The notes below the pieces were generated by a model, which saw nothing but the letters and a program-made list of their open reading frames with translations, had not been told where the DNA came from and ran no database searches. The position numbers and the translations under genes are program-made. Shown here one piece after another: positions 42,131-51,900 of a DNA stretch of 64,000 bases (position 1 is its first letter; the number at the start of each line of letters is the position of its first letter). The DNA is from Alphaproteobacteria bacterium (GTDB lineage Bacteria > Pseudomonadota > Alphaproteobacteria > UBA6615), in assembly GCA_028279245.1 (NCBI GenBank), contig JANQOE010000004.1, positions 31,724 through 95,723 of the forward strand, in the 5' to 3' direction.

Positions 42131-43237
42131 TCAGACCGTGGCGACAAGCCCGCCGGGCTGCCGTTGGATATGTCCGGCCAGTTCCTGCTCCAGTAGGATC
42201 TGTTGGACGACGGAGGCGGGCAAATCGCATTGTCGGACGATTTCGTCAATCGAAACCGGGCTCGGCGAGAGACATTCCATAATCTCGCCACGGGCGTCAT
42301 CGGCCACTTCAAAGGGGCCAGCGACGACTTCTGACATGGTTGATCTGGGGCTTGGTGTGGTTTGGGTCATGGGTAAGAGAGTGTCGGTAACATCTTGTGC
42401 ACATTCGGTTAACGATGCTCCCTCCCGGATCAGGCGGTTGGTGCCCCGGCAGCGTTCGTCGAGCGGCGATCCGGGGACGGCGAAGACCTCCCGTCCCTGC
42501 TCCAATGCCAGACGGGCGGTGATCAAAGACCCGGACCGGCGGGCCGCCTCGACCACGACAACCCCGAGGCTCAGCCCGGCAATTATTCTGTTACGGCGCG
42601 GGAAGTGGCGGGCTTGGGGCTCGGTGCCAAGCGGCAGTTCCGAGACAATGGCCCCCTCTACCGCCAGTTGCTCATAGATCGCCCGGTTTTCCTGCGGATA
42701 GAGGACGTCCGCGCCGCCGCCGAGCACGGCCACGCTGCCGGTCCGCAGGCTGCCCCGGTGGGCGGCGGCGTCGATACCGCGCGCGAGGCCGGACGCGACG
42801 ACCCAATCGGCGGTGCCCAGGTCCATCGCCATGCGCTCCGCGAACTTGCGGCCGTTGAGCGAGGCGTTGCGGGCACCAACGATGGCCACGGTCGGGCGAC
42901 CGAGCAGTTCGGTGCGGCCGATGACGTGGAGGACCGGCGGCGCATCCTCGATTTCCTCCAGTGGGGCCGGGTAGCCCTCGCCGCCGAAGAAGACTGCGCT
43001 GATACCACGCTGCTCCAGCAACGCTAGCTCTCGTCCGGCGTCGTCGCGCCCGCAGATGCGGATTTCGCGCCGTTGGCCGCCACGCCGGATCAAGCCGGGC
43101 AGGGCGTCTATTGCGGCGGCCGCGGTGCCGTAATGCCGCAGGAGTTGGCGAAAGGTGATCGGGCCGACATTCTCCGACCGGATCAACCGCAACCGGGCCA
43201 GCTTCTCTTCGGCGTTGAGACCCGGCATCGCCGTCAA
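42131..43237 (-). CDS. dprA: DNA processing protein DprA (Smf)
   Basis: Rossmann-like DprA core (VAIVGARNASLNGRKFAE ... GVDAAAHRG); conserved dprA-topA-rnr order. Confidence 0.85.
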   Translation of the reverse strand: MTAMPGLNAEEKLARLRLIRSENVGPITFRQLLRHYGTAAAAIDALPGLIRRGGQRREIRICGRDDAGRELALLEQRGISAVFFGGEGYPAPLEEIEDAPPVLHVIGRTELLGRPTVAIVGARNASLNGRKFAERMAMDLGTADWVVASGLARGIDAAAHRGSLRTGSVAVLGGGADVLYPQENRAIYEQLAVEGAIVSELPLGTEPQARHFPRRNRIIAGLSLGVVVVEAARRSGSLITARLALEQGREVFAVPGSPLDERCRGTNRLIREGASLTECAQDVTDTLLPMTQTTPSPRSTMSEVVAGPFEVADDARGEIMECLSPSPVSIDEIVRQCDLPASVVQQILLEQELAGHIQRQPGGLVATV

Positions 43238-43908
43238 CTCTTACTGAGGCGGATCTTGGATTCGGTGCCGCTGAGCAGCCGGCGGATGTTCCCCGCATGC
43301 TTCATGTAAATCAGGACAGCAAGGATGATGGCGATTCCGCCGGCCTGGGGGTCGACCAGATGCCAGGCGTAGATCGGCGTCACGAGGGCGGTTGTCAGTG
43401 CGGCGAGGGACGAATAACGGAAGATCGTTGCCACCAGGAGCCAGGTGGCGAACCCGGCCAGGGCCGCTGGCCACCCAACGGCGATTAGCACGCCAAATGC
43501 TGTGGCGACGCCCTTGCCGCCGCGGAACCGGAGCCAGATAGGGAACATATGTCCGAGCACGACGGCGATGGAGCCGAAGTAGCCGATATCCGGTCCGCCC
43601 ATCCGGAAGGCGAGTACTGCCGCCAGAAAGCCCTTGCCGCCGTCCAACAACAGAGTGAGTCCGGCGAGTCGCTTATTGCCGGTTCTTAAGACGTTGGTTG
43701 CGCCGATGCTGCCGGAGCCGATCTGGCGGATGTCGCCTATGCCGGCGTAACGGGTCAGCAGCAGGCCGAACGGGATCGAGCCGATCAGATAGCTGACCGC
43801 GAAGCCAAACGCGAAGATCTGCCAAAAGCGGATGACGAACTTCCAGTCCGGGATACTGAGGTTCGCCGCAATCGCCCCCCAGACGGAAAGAAAGAAGTTC
43901 GCGTCCAT
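43234..43908 (-). CDS. plsY: Glycerol-3-phosphate acyltransferase PlsY
   Basis: YLIGSIPFGLLL ... GSGSIGATNVLRTG ... GGKG; start at internal Met (the 274-aa track ORF overlaps pyrC). Confidence 0.8.
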   Translation of the reverse strand: MDANFFLSVWGAIAANLSIPDWKFVIRFWQIFAFGFAVSYLIGSIPFGLLLTRYAGIGDIRQIGSGSIGATNVLRTGNKRLAGLTLLLDGGKGFLAAVLAFRMGGPDIGYFGSIAVVLGHMFPIWLRFRGGKGVATAFGVLIAVGWPAALAGFATWLLVATIFRYSSLAALTTALVTPIYAWHLVDPQAGGIAIILAVLIYMKHAGNIRRLLSGTESKIRLSKS

Positions 43909-43912
43909 CGCG

Positions 43913-45208
43913 TCACATCTCGGGTGCCGTGTAGATCGTACGGCCGTCGACGACCGTGCGGAGAACCTGCCCTTGAACCAAACGTCCGTCAAACGGCGAG
44001 TTCTTCGATTTGGACCGTAGCGCGTCGGCATCGATCCGCCACGGGCGCCCCGGGTCAAACAAGACCAGGTCGGCGGGTGCGCCCGGCGCGAGGCGGCCGA
44101 CCGGCAGTCCCATGCGTTCCGCCGGAACGACAGTCACCTTGCGTAAGGCGTCCGGCAGGGACAAGTGACCGTTGTGGGCCAGCTCCAGAGTGAGGGGCAG
44201 CAAGGTTTCCATCCCGATGCCGCCAGGTGCCGCTTGGGCGAAAGGCAGGCGCTTCGAATCTTGATCCTGGGGTGCGTGGTCGGAGGCGATCAAGTCGATC
44301 GTGCCGTCCTTCAACCCTTCGACAATCGCCTGTCGGTCGTCCTCGCTGCGCAGCGGCGGGGTCAGCTTGGCGAAGGTGCGGTAGTCGGCGATCGACAGTT
44401 CGTTCAAGGCGAAGTTGGGTGGTGTTGCGTCGCAGGTGACGTCGAGACCGCGTGACTTTGCGGCCCGGATGCGCTCCACCGATGCCGCCGTGGAGATTGC
44501 CGCCGCATGGTACCGACCGCCGGTCATCTCGACCAAGGTGAGGTCGCGGTCGAGCATGATGGTCTCGGCCTCGCGCGGGATCCCCGGCAGCCCCAGCCGG
44601 GTCGACAGCTCGCCAGCGTTCATAACGCCATCGTCAACCAGGCTTGGCTCTTCGGGATGCTGCATCAGCAACGCGCCAAAGGTTGTGGCATAGCTCAGGG
44701 CGCGGGCCACTACCGACGCCTTACTGACCCCTACCGGACCGTCGCTGAAGGCGATGGCGCCGGCTTCTCGCAGCAGGCCGAACTCGGTCATTTCGTTGCC
44801 CGCCAGATCCTTTGTTATGGCGGCGTGGGTGAATACTTTAACAGTTTTGACTTCACGGGCGCGGCGGGCGACAAACTCGATCCCAGCGACGTCATCGATC
44901 ACCGGTTCGGTGTTGGGCAAGGCGATCATGGTGGTCACGCCACCGGCGGCGGCGGCTCGGCTCGCGCTGTTGATGTCTTCCTGGTGCTCGGCGCCGGGTT
45001 CCCGCAATTGAACACGGATATCGACCAGGCCGGGTGACAGGACGGCGCCGCCGCAATCGACGACATCGGCGCCCTCCGGCGTGGCGCCGTTGGCGATGCC
45101 GGGGCCGAGATCAGCGATGATCCCGTTTTCAGCCAAGAGGCCGCCGGGGGCGTCCAGGCCTGTGGCGGGGTCGAGCAAGCGGGCGTTGCGGTAGACTGTC
45201 CGCTTCAT
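43913..45208 (-). CDS. pyrC: Dihydroorotase (multifunctional-complex type)
   Basis: Amidohydrolase metal ligands ([10 protein letters not shown] ... ASDHAPQD); pyrC-pyrB adjacency. Confidence 0.85.
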   Translation of the reverse strand: MKRTVYRNARLLDPATGLDAPGGLLAENGIIADLGPGIANGATPEGADVVDCGGAVLSPGLVDIRVQLREPGAEHQEDINSASRAAAAGGVTTMIALPNTEPVIDDVAGIEFVARRAREVKTVKVFTHAAITKDLAGNEMTEFGLLREAGAIAFSDGPVGVSKASVVARALSYATTFGALLMQHPEEPSLVDDGVMNAGELSTRLGLPGIPREAETIMLDRDLTLVEMTGGRYHAAAISTAASVERIRAAKSRGLDVTCDATPPNFALNELSIADYRTFAKLTPPLRSEDDRQAIVEGLKDGTIDLIASDHAPQDQDSKRLPFAQAAPGGIGMETLLPLTLELAHNGHLSLPDALRKVTVVPAERMGLPVGRLAPGAPADLVLFDPGRPWRIDADALRSKSKNSPFDGRLVQGQVLRTVVDGRTIYTAPEM

Positions 45209-46182
45209 AAAGCGCCGGCCTCCCGGACGCCGTGCGCCAGCAGGTCGAGGCACGCCATGCGCACGGCCACGCCCATCTCGACTTGTTCGTGGATAAGGCT
45301 TCTGTCAATATCGTCAGCGACTTGTGAATCGATCTCAACACCTCGATTCATCGGCCCCGGGTGCATGATCAGCGCGTCCGGCTTGGCGAATTGCAGCTTT
45401 TCATAGTCCAGGCCGAAGAAGCGGAAGTATTCGCGGATAGATGGGACGAAGGTGCCCTGCATGCGCTCCCGCTGGAGCCGCAGCATCATGACGATGTCGC
45501 AATCCGCCAGACCCCGGCGCATGTCGTGGAACACCTCGACCCCGAGCCGTTCCAACTCCGGCGGCAGCAGTGTTGGCGGCGCGACCACACGGACTCGGGC
45601 GCCCATGGTCTGCAGCAGGTAGATATTGGAGCGGGCCACGCGGCTGTGGGCGATGTCGCCGCACAGCGCGACCTGCAAGTCGCGTAGATGGCCGCGGCGC
45701 CGGCGGATCGTCAGTGCGTCGAGCAGAGCCTGGGTCGGGTGTTCATGACTCCCGTCGCCGGCGTTGATGACGGCGCAATTAACCTTTTCCGACAACAGCT
45801 TAACGGCGCCGGCATCGGGATGGCGGACGGCCAGGACGTCGGCGTGCATCGCATTGAGGGTCATCGCGGTGTCGATCAGGGTCTCGCCCTTCTTGATCGA
45901 ACTACTGCCGACGGAGATGTTGATGACGTCGGCGCCGAGGCGCTTGCCAGCCAGCTCAAAACTCGTCCGGGTCCGGGTCGAATTCTCGAAGAACAGGTTG
46001 ATGCAGGTGCAGCCGCTAAGAGTGCTCAGCTTGCGCCCGCGGCCCCGGCTTTGCTCGGCATATTCTTCCGAAAGGTCCAGCAGCTGGGAGATATCATCGG
46101 GGGATAGTCCCTCGATGCCGAGCAAATGGCGGTGCGGATAGGGCGGCGGCGCGGATTCTGGGGAAATCGGCGAGATAGCCAT
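45205..46182 (-). CDS. pyrB: Aspartate carbamoyltransferase catalytic subunit
   Basis: STRTRTSFE carbamoyl-phosphate motif, HPTQ, HPGP. Confidence 0.9.
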   Translation of the reverse strand: MAISPISPESAPPPYPHRHLLGIEGLSPDDISQLLDLSEEYAEQSRGRGRKLSTLSGCTCINLFFENSTRTRTSFELAGKRLGADVINISVGSSSIKKGETLIDTAMTLNAMHADVLAVRHPDAGAVKLLSEKVNCAVINAGDGSHEHPTQALLDALTIRRRRGHLRDLQVALCGDIAHSRVARSNIYLLQTMGARVRVVAPPTLLPPELERLGVEVFHDMRRGLADCDIVMMLRLQRERMQGTFVPSIREYFRFFGLDYEKLQFAKPDALIMHPGPMNRGVEIDSQVADDIDRSLIHEQVEMGVAVRMACLDLLAHGVREAGAL

Positions 46183-46267
46183 CAAAACGGTCTTATACGG
46201 GCACCGGTGAGTCGCGGACAAGCCATCCAAGCTTGTTTTTTCGCACCTGCAGCATTAGCTATCTCCC

Positions 46268-46345
46268 ATGATCGCGTATCTGGCTTCGACCACCACGGCC
46301 ACAACGACGACCCGCTGCGGCGGGCCGGGGCTTGGCGTGTGCTGA
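46268..46345 (+). promoter_or_regulatory. Putative threonine-rich leader peptide ORF (MIAYLASTTTATTTTRCGGPGLGVC), candidate attenuator leader
   Basis: 25 codons, 7 Thr in codons 8-15 (acc acc acg gcc aca acg acg acc); lies between the pyrB promoter region and the thrS-like gene; weak Shine-Dalgarno. Confidence 0.45.
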
Positions 46346-46370
46346 TCGATAGCTGATACGCCGAAGCAAA

Positions 46371-46410
46371 CGGCCCCGCCGGCAAACGGACGGGGCCTTT
46401 TGATTCTTGG
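46371..46410 (+). terminator. Intrinsic terminator-like hairpin (GGCCCCGCC...GGACGGGGCC) plus U-tract, candidate attenuator terminator
   Basis: 9-bp GC stem with one bulge followed by TTTTGATTCTT, ~40 nt upstream of the thrS-like start; upstream GCGGCGGGCC (46317-46326) can pair with its left arm as an alternative structure. Confidence 0.55.
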
Positions 46411-46447
46411 GCTCCCGTCCTCCAACCCCCTTCGAGAGGACACACCA

Positions 46448-47719
46448 ATGGACCCGAACGACCACCGAATGATCGCCAAGCGCATGGACCTTTTCCATTT
46501 GCAGGAAGAGGGCCTGGGCATGGTGTTTTGGCACCCTGCTGGTTTCGCACTTTACGAGGTGATCGAGAGTTTCATCCGCAGGCAGATGCGCGCGGCCGGC
46601 TTTCAAGAGATCCGGACGCCGCAGTTGCTGGACCGGGGCCTATGGGAGGCCAGCGGCCACTGGGACAAGTTCGGCGAGAACATGTTTGCGCTGGACGATG
46701 GTGAGCGCGTGCTGGCGCTGAAACCCATGAGTTGCCCGGCGCATGTGCAGATCTTCAACCATCGCCCGCGGTCGTTTCGGGAACTGCCGATGCGGCTGTG
46801 TGAATTCGGTTCCTGCCTCCGCAATGAGCCGTCCGGCGCTTTACTGGGTCTGATGCGGACCCGGGCGTTTGTGCAGGACGATGCCCACATCTTTTGCCTG
46901 CCCGAGCAGATCGAGGCCGAGGTGCGGAACTTCTGCGCGATGCTTGCGGAGATCTATCGGGCCTTCGGTTTCAGCGATGTCGAGGTCCGGTTCGCCAATC
47001 GGCCAAAACAGCGGGCCGGTTCCGATGAGGCGTGGGACATGGCCGAGGCTCGCCTGGAACGGGCTGCCTTGGCCGCCGGGCTCGATTTCGAGACCAGTTC
47101 CGGTGAGGGCGCCTTCTATGGGCCGAAGCTCGAATTCCATCTGCGCGACAATCGCGGCCGGCGTTGGCAGTGCGGCACTGTGCAGCTCGACATGGTCCTG
47201 CCGGAACGGCTGGGGGCGGAGTATGTCGATGCTGCGGACCGGCGGCAGCGCCCGGTGATGTTGCACCATGCCGTGCTGGGCAGTGTCGAGCGTTTCATCG
47301 GCGTGCTGCTGGAACATCACGCCGGCAAACTGCCGCTTTGGCTGGCGCCGGTACAGGTCGTGGTCGCCTCGGTTGGTGGTCAGCAGGCGGACTATGTCTC
47401 CAGTGTCGTAGATCGGCTTAGTCGACTTGGCTATCGCGTGCGGGCCGATGTCAGGGATGAGCGGCTGTCGCGCAAGGTCGTTGATGCCCGGGGAATCGGC
47501 GCGCCGGTGTTTCTCACCGTGGGCAAGAATGAGATGCAGGCGGACACTGTGGCGCTGCGGGAAAGCGATGGTAGTCAGACAAGCCTCAGCGTTGAGGGGT
47601 TAGACGACCATCTGCGCCCCAACGCCTTCCGTGAATCTTCGGGGGTTGCGTCTAGACCGGTCGTCATGGGGCACGGTTGGCGGCCTGTTTCAGATAGTCG
47701 AGGTATCCCTGGAGTATGA
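46448..47719 (+). CDS. Truncated threonyl-tRNA synthetase paralog (catalytic plus anticodon-binding domains only)
   Basis: Collinear with E. coli ThrRS from about residue 242 (NDHRMIAKRMDLFHLQEE ~ RDHRKLGKQLDLYHMQEE) through motifs 1-3 and zinc ligands (KPMSCPAHVQIF, QDDAHIFC, VMLHHAVLGSVERF) to the anticodon-binding domain; no TGS or N2 editing domains. Confidence 0.85.
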   Translation: MDPNDHRMIAKRMDLFHLQEEGLGMVFWHPAGFALYEVIESFIRRQMRAAGFQEIRTPQLLDRGLWEASGHWDKFGENMFALDDGERVLALKPMSCPAHVQIFNHRPRSFRELPMRLCEFGSCLRNEPSGALLGLMRTRAFVQDDAHIFCLPEQIEAEVRNFCAMLAEIYRAFGFSDVEVRFANRPKQRAGSDEAWDMAEARLERAALAAGLDFETSSGEGAFYGPKLEFHLRDNRGRRWQCGTVQLDMVLPERLGAEYVDAADRRQRPVMLHHAVLGSVERFIGVLLEHHAGKLPLWLAPVQVVVASVGGQQADYVSSVVDRLSRLGYRVRADVRDERLSRKVVDARGIGAPVFLTVGKNEMQADTVALRESDGSQTSLSVEGLDDHLRPNAFRESSGVASRPVVMGHGWRPVSDSRGIPGV

Positions 47720-48149
47720 ATGCCGCGGCCATCTTGTCCGTCACCTCGCTGCGACGTTTGCGCGACAGGTCGGCGTCGGCGACCAGGAGCCGCTCGACGG
47801 CGGCGGTCGACAGGCGTTCATCCCAGAACGCTATTGGACAGTCGATGATGGATGCGAGGTTGCGCGCGAAGTCGCGGGTCGACTGGCAGCGCGGCCCTTC
47901 GCTCCCATCCATATTCAGCGGAAGGCCCAGTACCAGGCCGCCAACCTGGTGTTCTTCGATTTGACTGCTCAACCTTGCGGCGTCGGCGCGGAACTTTGCT
48001 CGTCTGATTGTGTCGAGGGGAGTCGCCACAGTCCGGCTCGCGTCACTCAGGGCGAGGCCGATCGTCTTGGACCCCAGGTCCAAGCCCAGCAGCCGATCCA
48101 TCGGTTTGAGCCAATGAAGCAGATCGAGAGGGGCCTCTGCTATGGTCAT
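47664..48149 (-). CDS. ruvX: Putative Holliday-junction resolvase RuvX (YqgF)
   Basis: LLGLDLGSKTIGLALSD ... RNase H-like fold; 3' end overlaps the thrS-like 3' end by 56 nt (start may be the internal Met at 48101). Confidence 0.8.
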   Translation of the reverse strand: MTIAEAPLDLLHWLKPMDRLLGLDLGSKTIGLALSDASRTVATPLDTIRRAKFRADAARLSSQIEEHQVGGLVLGLPLNMDGSEGPRCQSTRDFARNLASIIDCPIAFWDERLSTAAVERLLVADADLSRKRRSEVTDKMAAAFILQGYLDYLKQAANRAP

Positions 48150-48240
48150 TCTGCTGCCTTTCCTGCTGGTCTCGGGTCCGGACTAGTCATCCGGGGGCCG
48201 AACCTGTAGCATTTTCCCTTGAACCACACCGTGTGTTTGC

Positions 48241-48945
48241 ATGCGCATTCTTCTGGTGGATGACGACGCTGATTTCGCGGAAATGGTTCGCGATTATCTA
48301 AGCGACAAAGGGCAGCACGTCGCGATTGCCGGTGATGGGCAGGAGATGCGCGACTGCCTGGAGCGGGATCCCTTCGACATCGTTTTGTTGGATCTGGTGC
48401 TGCCGCAAGAGGATGGTCTCGTCCTTACCCAGTATCTTCGAGAGAATACCGACGCTGGTGTGATTATCTTGAGCGGCGCCGGGACTCTTGTTGACCGGGT
48501 GGTATCGCTCGAACTCGGCGCCGACGACTATCTGCAGAAGCCCTTCGAACTGCGCGAATTGCTGGCCCGGGTGAACAGCCTGCATCGGCGGGTCAGAGCC
48601 GGCCAGCGGTCGTTGCGGCAAGCCAAGGTTGCAGCTTTTGCCGGATGGCGCCTCGATCTGCAGAACCGGAAACTGTTCAGGCCGACCGGCGGCGAAGTCT
48701 CGCTCACATCGACAGAGTTTTCGCTGCTTCGCACGTTGGTGAGTCATCCGTTCGAGGAGCTCAGTCGGGAGGAACTCATGCGCGAGATCAAGGGACGTTC
48801 CGTCGAGGCATGGGGCCGGAACATCGATGTTCATGTCTTACGCCTGCGGCAGAAGATTGAAGCCAATCCGACCGAACCTGCCTTGCTTAAGACCGTGCAC
48901 GGCATTGGCTACACGTTCTGCGCCGATGTCGCGGAGGAAGGTTAG
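48241..48945 (+). CDS. OmpR-family winged-helix response regulator
   Basis: Receiver (ILLVDDD ... VLLDLVLP ... KPF) plus winged helix (LTSTEFSLLRTLV ... VHVLRLRQKIE ... TVHGIGY). Confidence 0.85.
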   Translation: MRILLVDDDADFAEMVRDYLSDKGQHVAIAGDGQEMRDCLERDPFDIVLLDLVLPQEDGLVLTQYLRENTDAGVIILSGAGTLVDRVVSLELGADDYLQKPFELRELLARVNSLHRRVRAGQRSLRQAKVAAFAGWRLDLQNRKLFRPTGGEVSLTSTEFSLLRTLVSHPFEELSREELMREIKGRSVEAWGRNIDVHVLRLRQKIEANPTEPALLKTVHGIGYTFCADVAEEG

Positions 48946-51900
48946 ACAGATAGAAGCGCCAGCGTGTCGGCTAGCTGCTCCTTGCTGAACGGTTTGGATA
49001 GGAACGCGGTCGAAGGGTCTCCGGCACCGATATCCCGGCGAATAGCCTGACCGGAAACCAACAAGATTGGTAGGGTCGGGATCTGGTTTCGGGCGGTCCG
49101 GGCGAGTTCAATACCTTCCATGCCGTTGCCGAAGACGACATCTGTTACCAGAACCGCAGCATAAGGGTGCTCCGACAGAGCGGATAATGCAGTCGACGCA
49201 TCGGTTGCTTGGCGGGTCTCATAGCCCAGCTCTTGCAGCCGCCGTGCCGTCAACGCCAACATGTCTGGCTGATCATCGACGACAATAGCAATGTTGTGGC
49301 GGGGTTCTCGCTTGTGCGGTGCGGTAGCAGGGGGCCGCTTCTGTTTGCCGGGAGGGCCACATGGGAGAACGAGTTGAACCGTGGTCCCCTTACCTTCCTC
49401 CGACTCGATTGTGAGTCCGCCGCCGGATTGACGCATGAAGCCATATACGACGCTTAGACCCAAGCCGGAGCCGTTCCGCTTTGTCGAAAAGAAAGGCTCC
49501 ATGATGCGCGGGCGGATCTCCGCGGGAATGCCGAGTCCGCTGTCCCTGAGGCTCAACACGACATACCGGCCAGGGTTCAGATCCGATCCAGGCTGGACCG
49601 TTTCGATTTCCAGATTCTGGGCTCTGATATCCAGCCGGCCGCCGTCGGGCATCGCGGCGCCGGCGTTCAAAGCGATGTTCAGCAAGGCATCTTCCAGCCG
49701 TCCCGCGTCGACCCAGACGGGCCAGAGCCCGAGCGGCGAATTGAGGGTCACCCGTGTTTTCGAACCGAGCGCGCTACGGATGACGTCTATGATCTCGCCA
49801 AGGATCTGGTTCGGCCTGATGGCGTCGGCCCGCAAACTCTGCCGGCGACCGACGGCGAGCAAACGTTCGGTCAGGGTGGCGCCGCGGCGCACGGCCCGTA
49901 AACCGGCCTGCACACGGCGCGTCAATTCGGGCGTCTCCCTGGTCTGCTCGCCGAGAATCTCCAGGTTGCCTCGGATGACGGCCAGGAGATTGTTGAAGTC
50001 GTGCGCGACCCCACCGGCCAGTTGGCCAATCATTTCCATGCGTTGGGCATGGGCGATCCGGTTGTCAGTGTGCCGGCGCTCCGTGATGTCCAAATTGAAG
50101 CCGGCCATGCCGACCAAGTCGCGGTCGGTATCGAACACTGGGAACTTGGTCACCTCGAGGATACGATCCTCGCCGTTTGGGCATTTCGAGATTACCTCCC
50201 GGGTAACCGGGTGCCGCGTCGCGCGGACCTCGGTTTCGATCCGTCTGTATTCTCTGGCGATCTTGTCCGGCAATAGATCCTGGATGCGCTTGCCGTAGAT
50301 ATCCTCGATCGGACGATCGAGGTTCTTCGCCAGCAGTGGGCTGGCAATCACGTAGCGGCCGTCCAAATCGTTCATGGAGATCGCGAACGGGAGGTTCTCG
50401 ATGAGTGCGCGAAGGCGCTGTTCGGACTGTTGTCGTGCTTCATCGGCCCGACGTTGTTCCGTCACGTCAACAGCGATCCCCGCTAAGCCAATCAGTGCGC
50501 CACCTGTGTCGAAGATCGGGAATTTTATGACGTCATGGAAACGTGTCTTGCCCGCCCGTTCATAGAGGATTACCTCGCGGGCTGGCCGCTCGTTCTCAAG
50601 GACCGCCTGATCGATGGCTCCTGTTCTGGCGGCAACCTCTGGTGCAAGCATATCAGCCGCGGTCTTGCCGGCGTAATCTCCACTATCCGGTTCAAACAAC
50701 GCCTGCCCCGCCGCGTTTACGAATAGGTACCGGCCGACCGTATCCTTCATGAATAGGGGGTGGGGCAAACTATCAGCGATCACCTGGAAGCGATGTTCGC
50801 TGTCCAGGCGGGCTTTCTCAGCTTCTTCCTGTTCAGTGATGTCTATGGCAACGCTAGCAAGGCCGATCATTTGGCCGGCATGATCGAAAACCGGGAACTT
50901 TGTGACGTCCAGCACCCGGTTTGAACCATCGTCCAGTGTGAACCACGAGCGATAGCGAAGCGATCGCTGCTTGTTCATGACATGACGGTCGGCGGCTCTT
51001 GATCGACGCGCCGCGCCTGCAGGGAACATGTCAGACGCCGTCTTGCCGATGACACCCTCTGGCGGGTCAGTTACGCGAAATGTCTTGCAGAATGCAGAAT
51101 TGACGAGAGTGTATCGACCCGCGGGGTCCTTCATTGCCAGCGAATAGGGCAAATTATCTATGAGGATCCGAAACCGCTTCTCAGTGTCTGCCAACTTCTG
51201 CTTGAAGTGATAACGTTCGCTGACGTCAACGTTGATGCCTCCAACGCCTATGATCTTACCGTCCCGTCCGAACACCGGAAACTTGGTTATTTCCAGATGA
51301 TGGGGTTCATCATCAGGGGGTGTTGAAACAAAGCTTCGATGGACTGGTTTGCCCGTCCCGACGACCTCGCGGTCGATACTCTGCGCCTCTTCGGTCTCTT
51401 TGTCTGAGAAGAATACACTAGTGCTGCGGCCAACGAGTTCCGGGCTTGACCGGCCTACAAAGCCAGCGAAAGCTCTGTTGACGAGGGTATATCTACCCTC
51501 CCTATCCTTCAGATAGGCGCCATGCGGCAAGCTCTCGATTAGTGTTTCAAGTTGTTGGTGTTCTTTCTCCAGGGCTCTGTTCGCGTCGTGAAGCCGATCC
51601 AACATACTGTTGAAAGTCCGGGCTACTCGGCCGACCTCGTCTCGGCCTAGGGACGGAGCCCGGACAGTGAAGTCACCGGCGGCGACAGCGTTTGCCGTCG
51701 ATTCGAGTGTTGCGAGCCGTCGTGTTATCAATGTGCTAAGCAAGAGCAGCGTGAGTACGCTGACTGCTGCGGTCGCCATGGCGAGAAGGAGGCCCTTCGC
51801 CACGACGGCTTGGCTGGCTGACTCCAGGAGGGCCGCAGACAAGACCACGGAAGCCGTACCGATCTGCTCGCCGCTGAGTGTGATCGGGGTTGTTAGGTTG

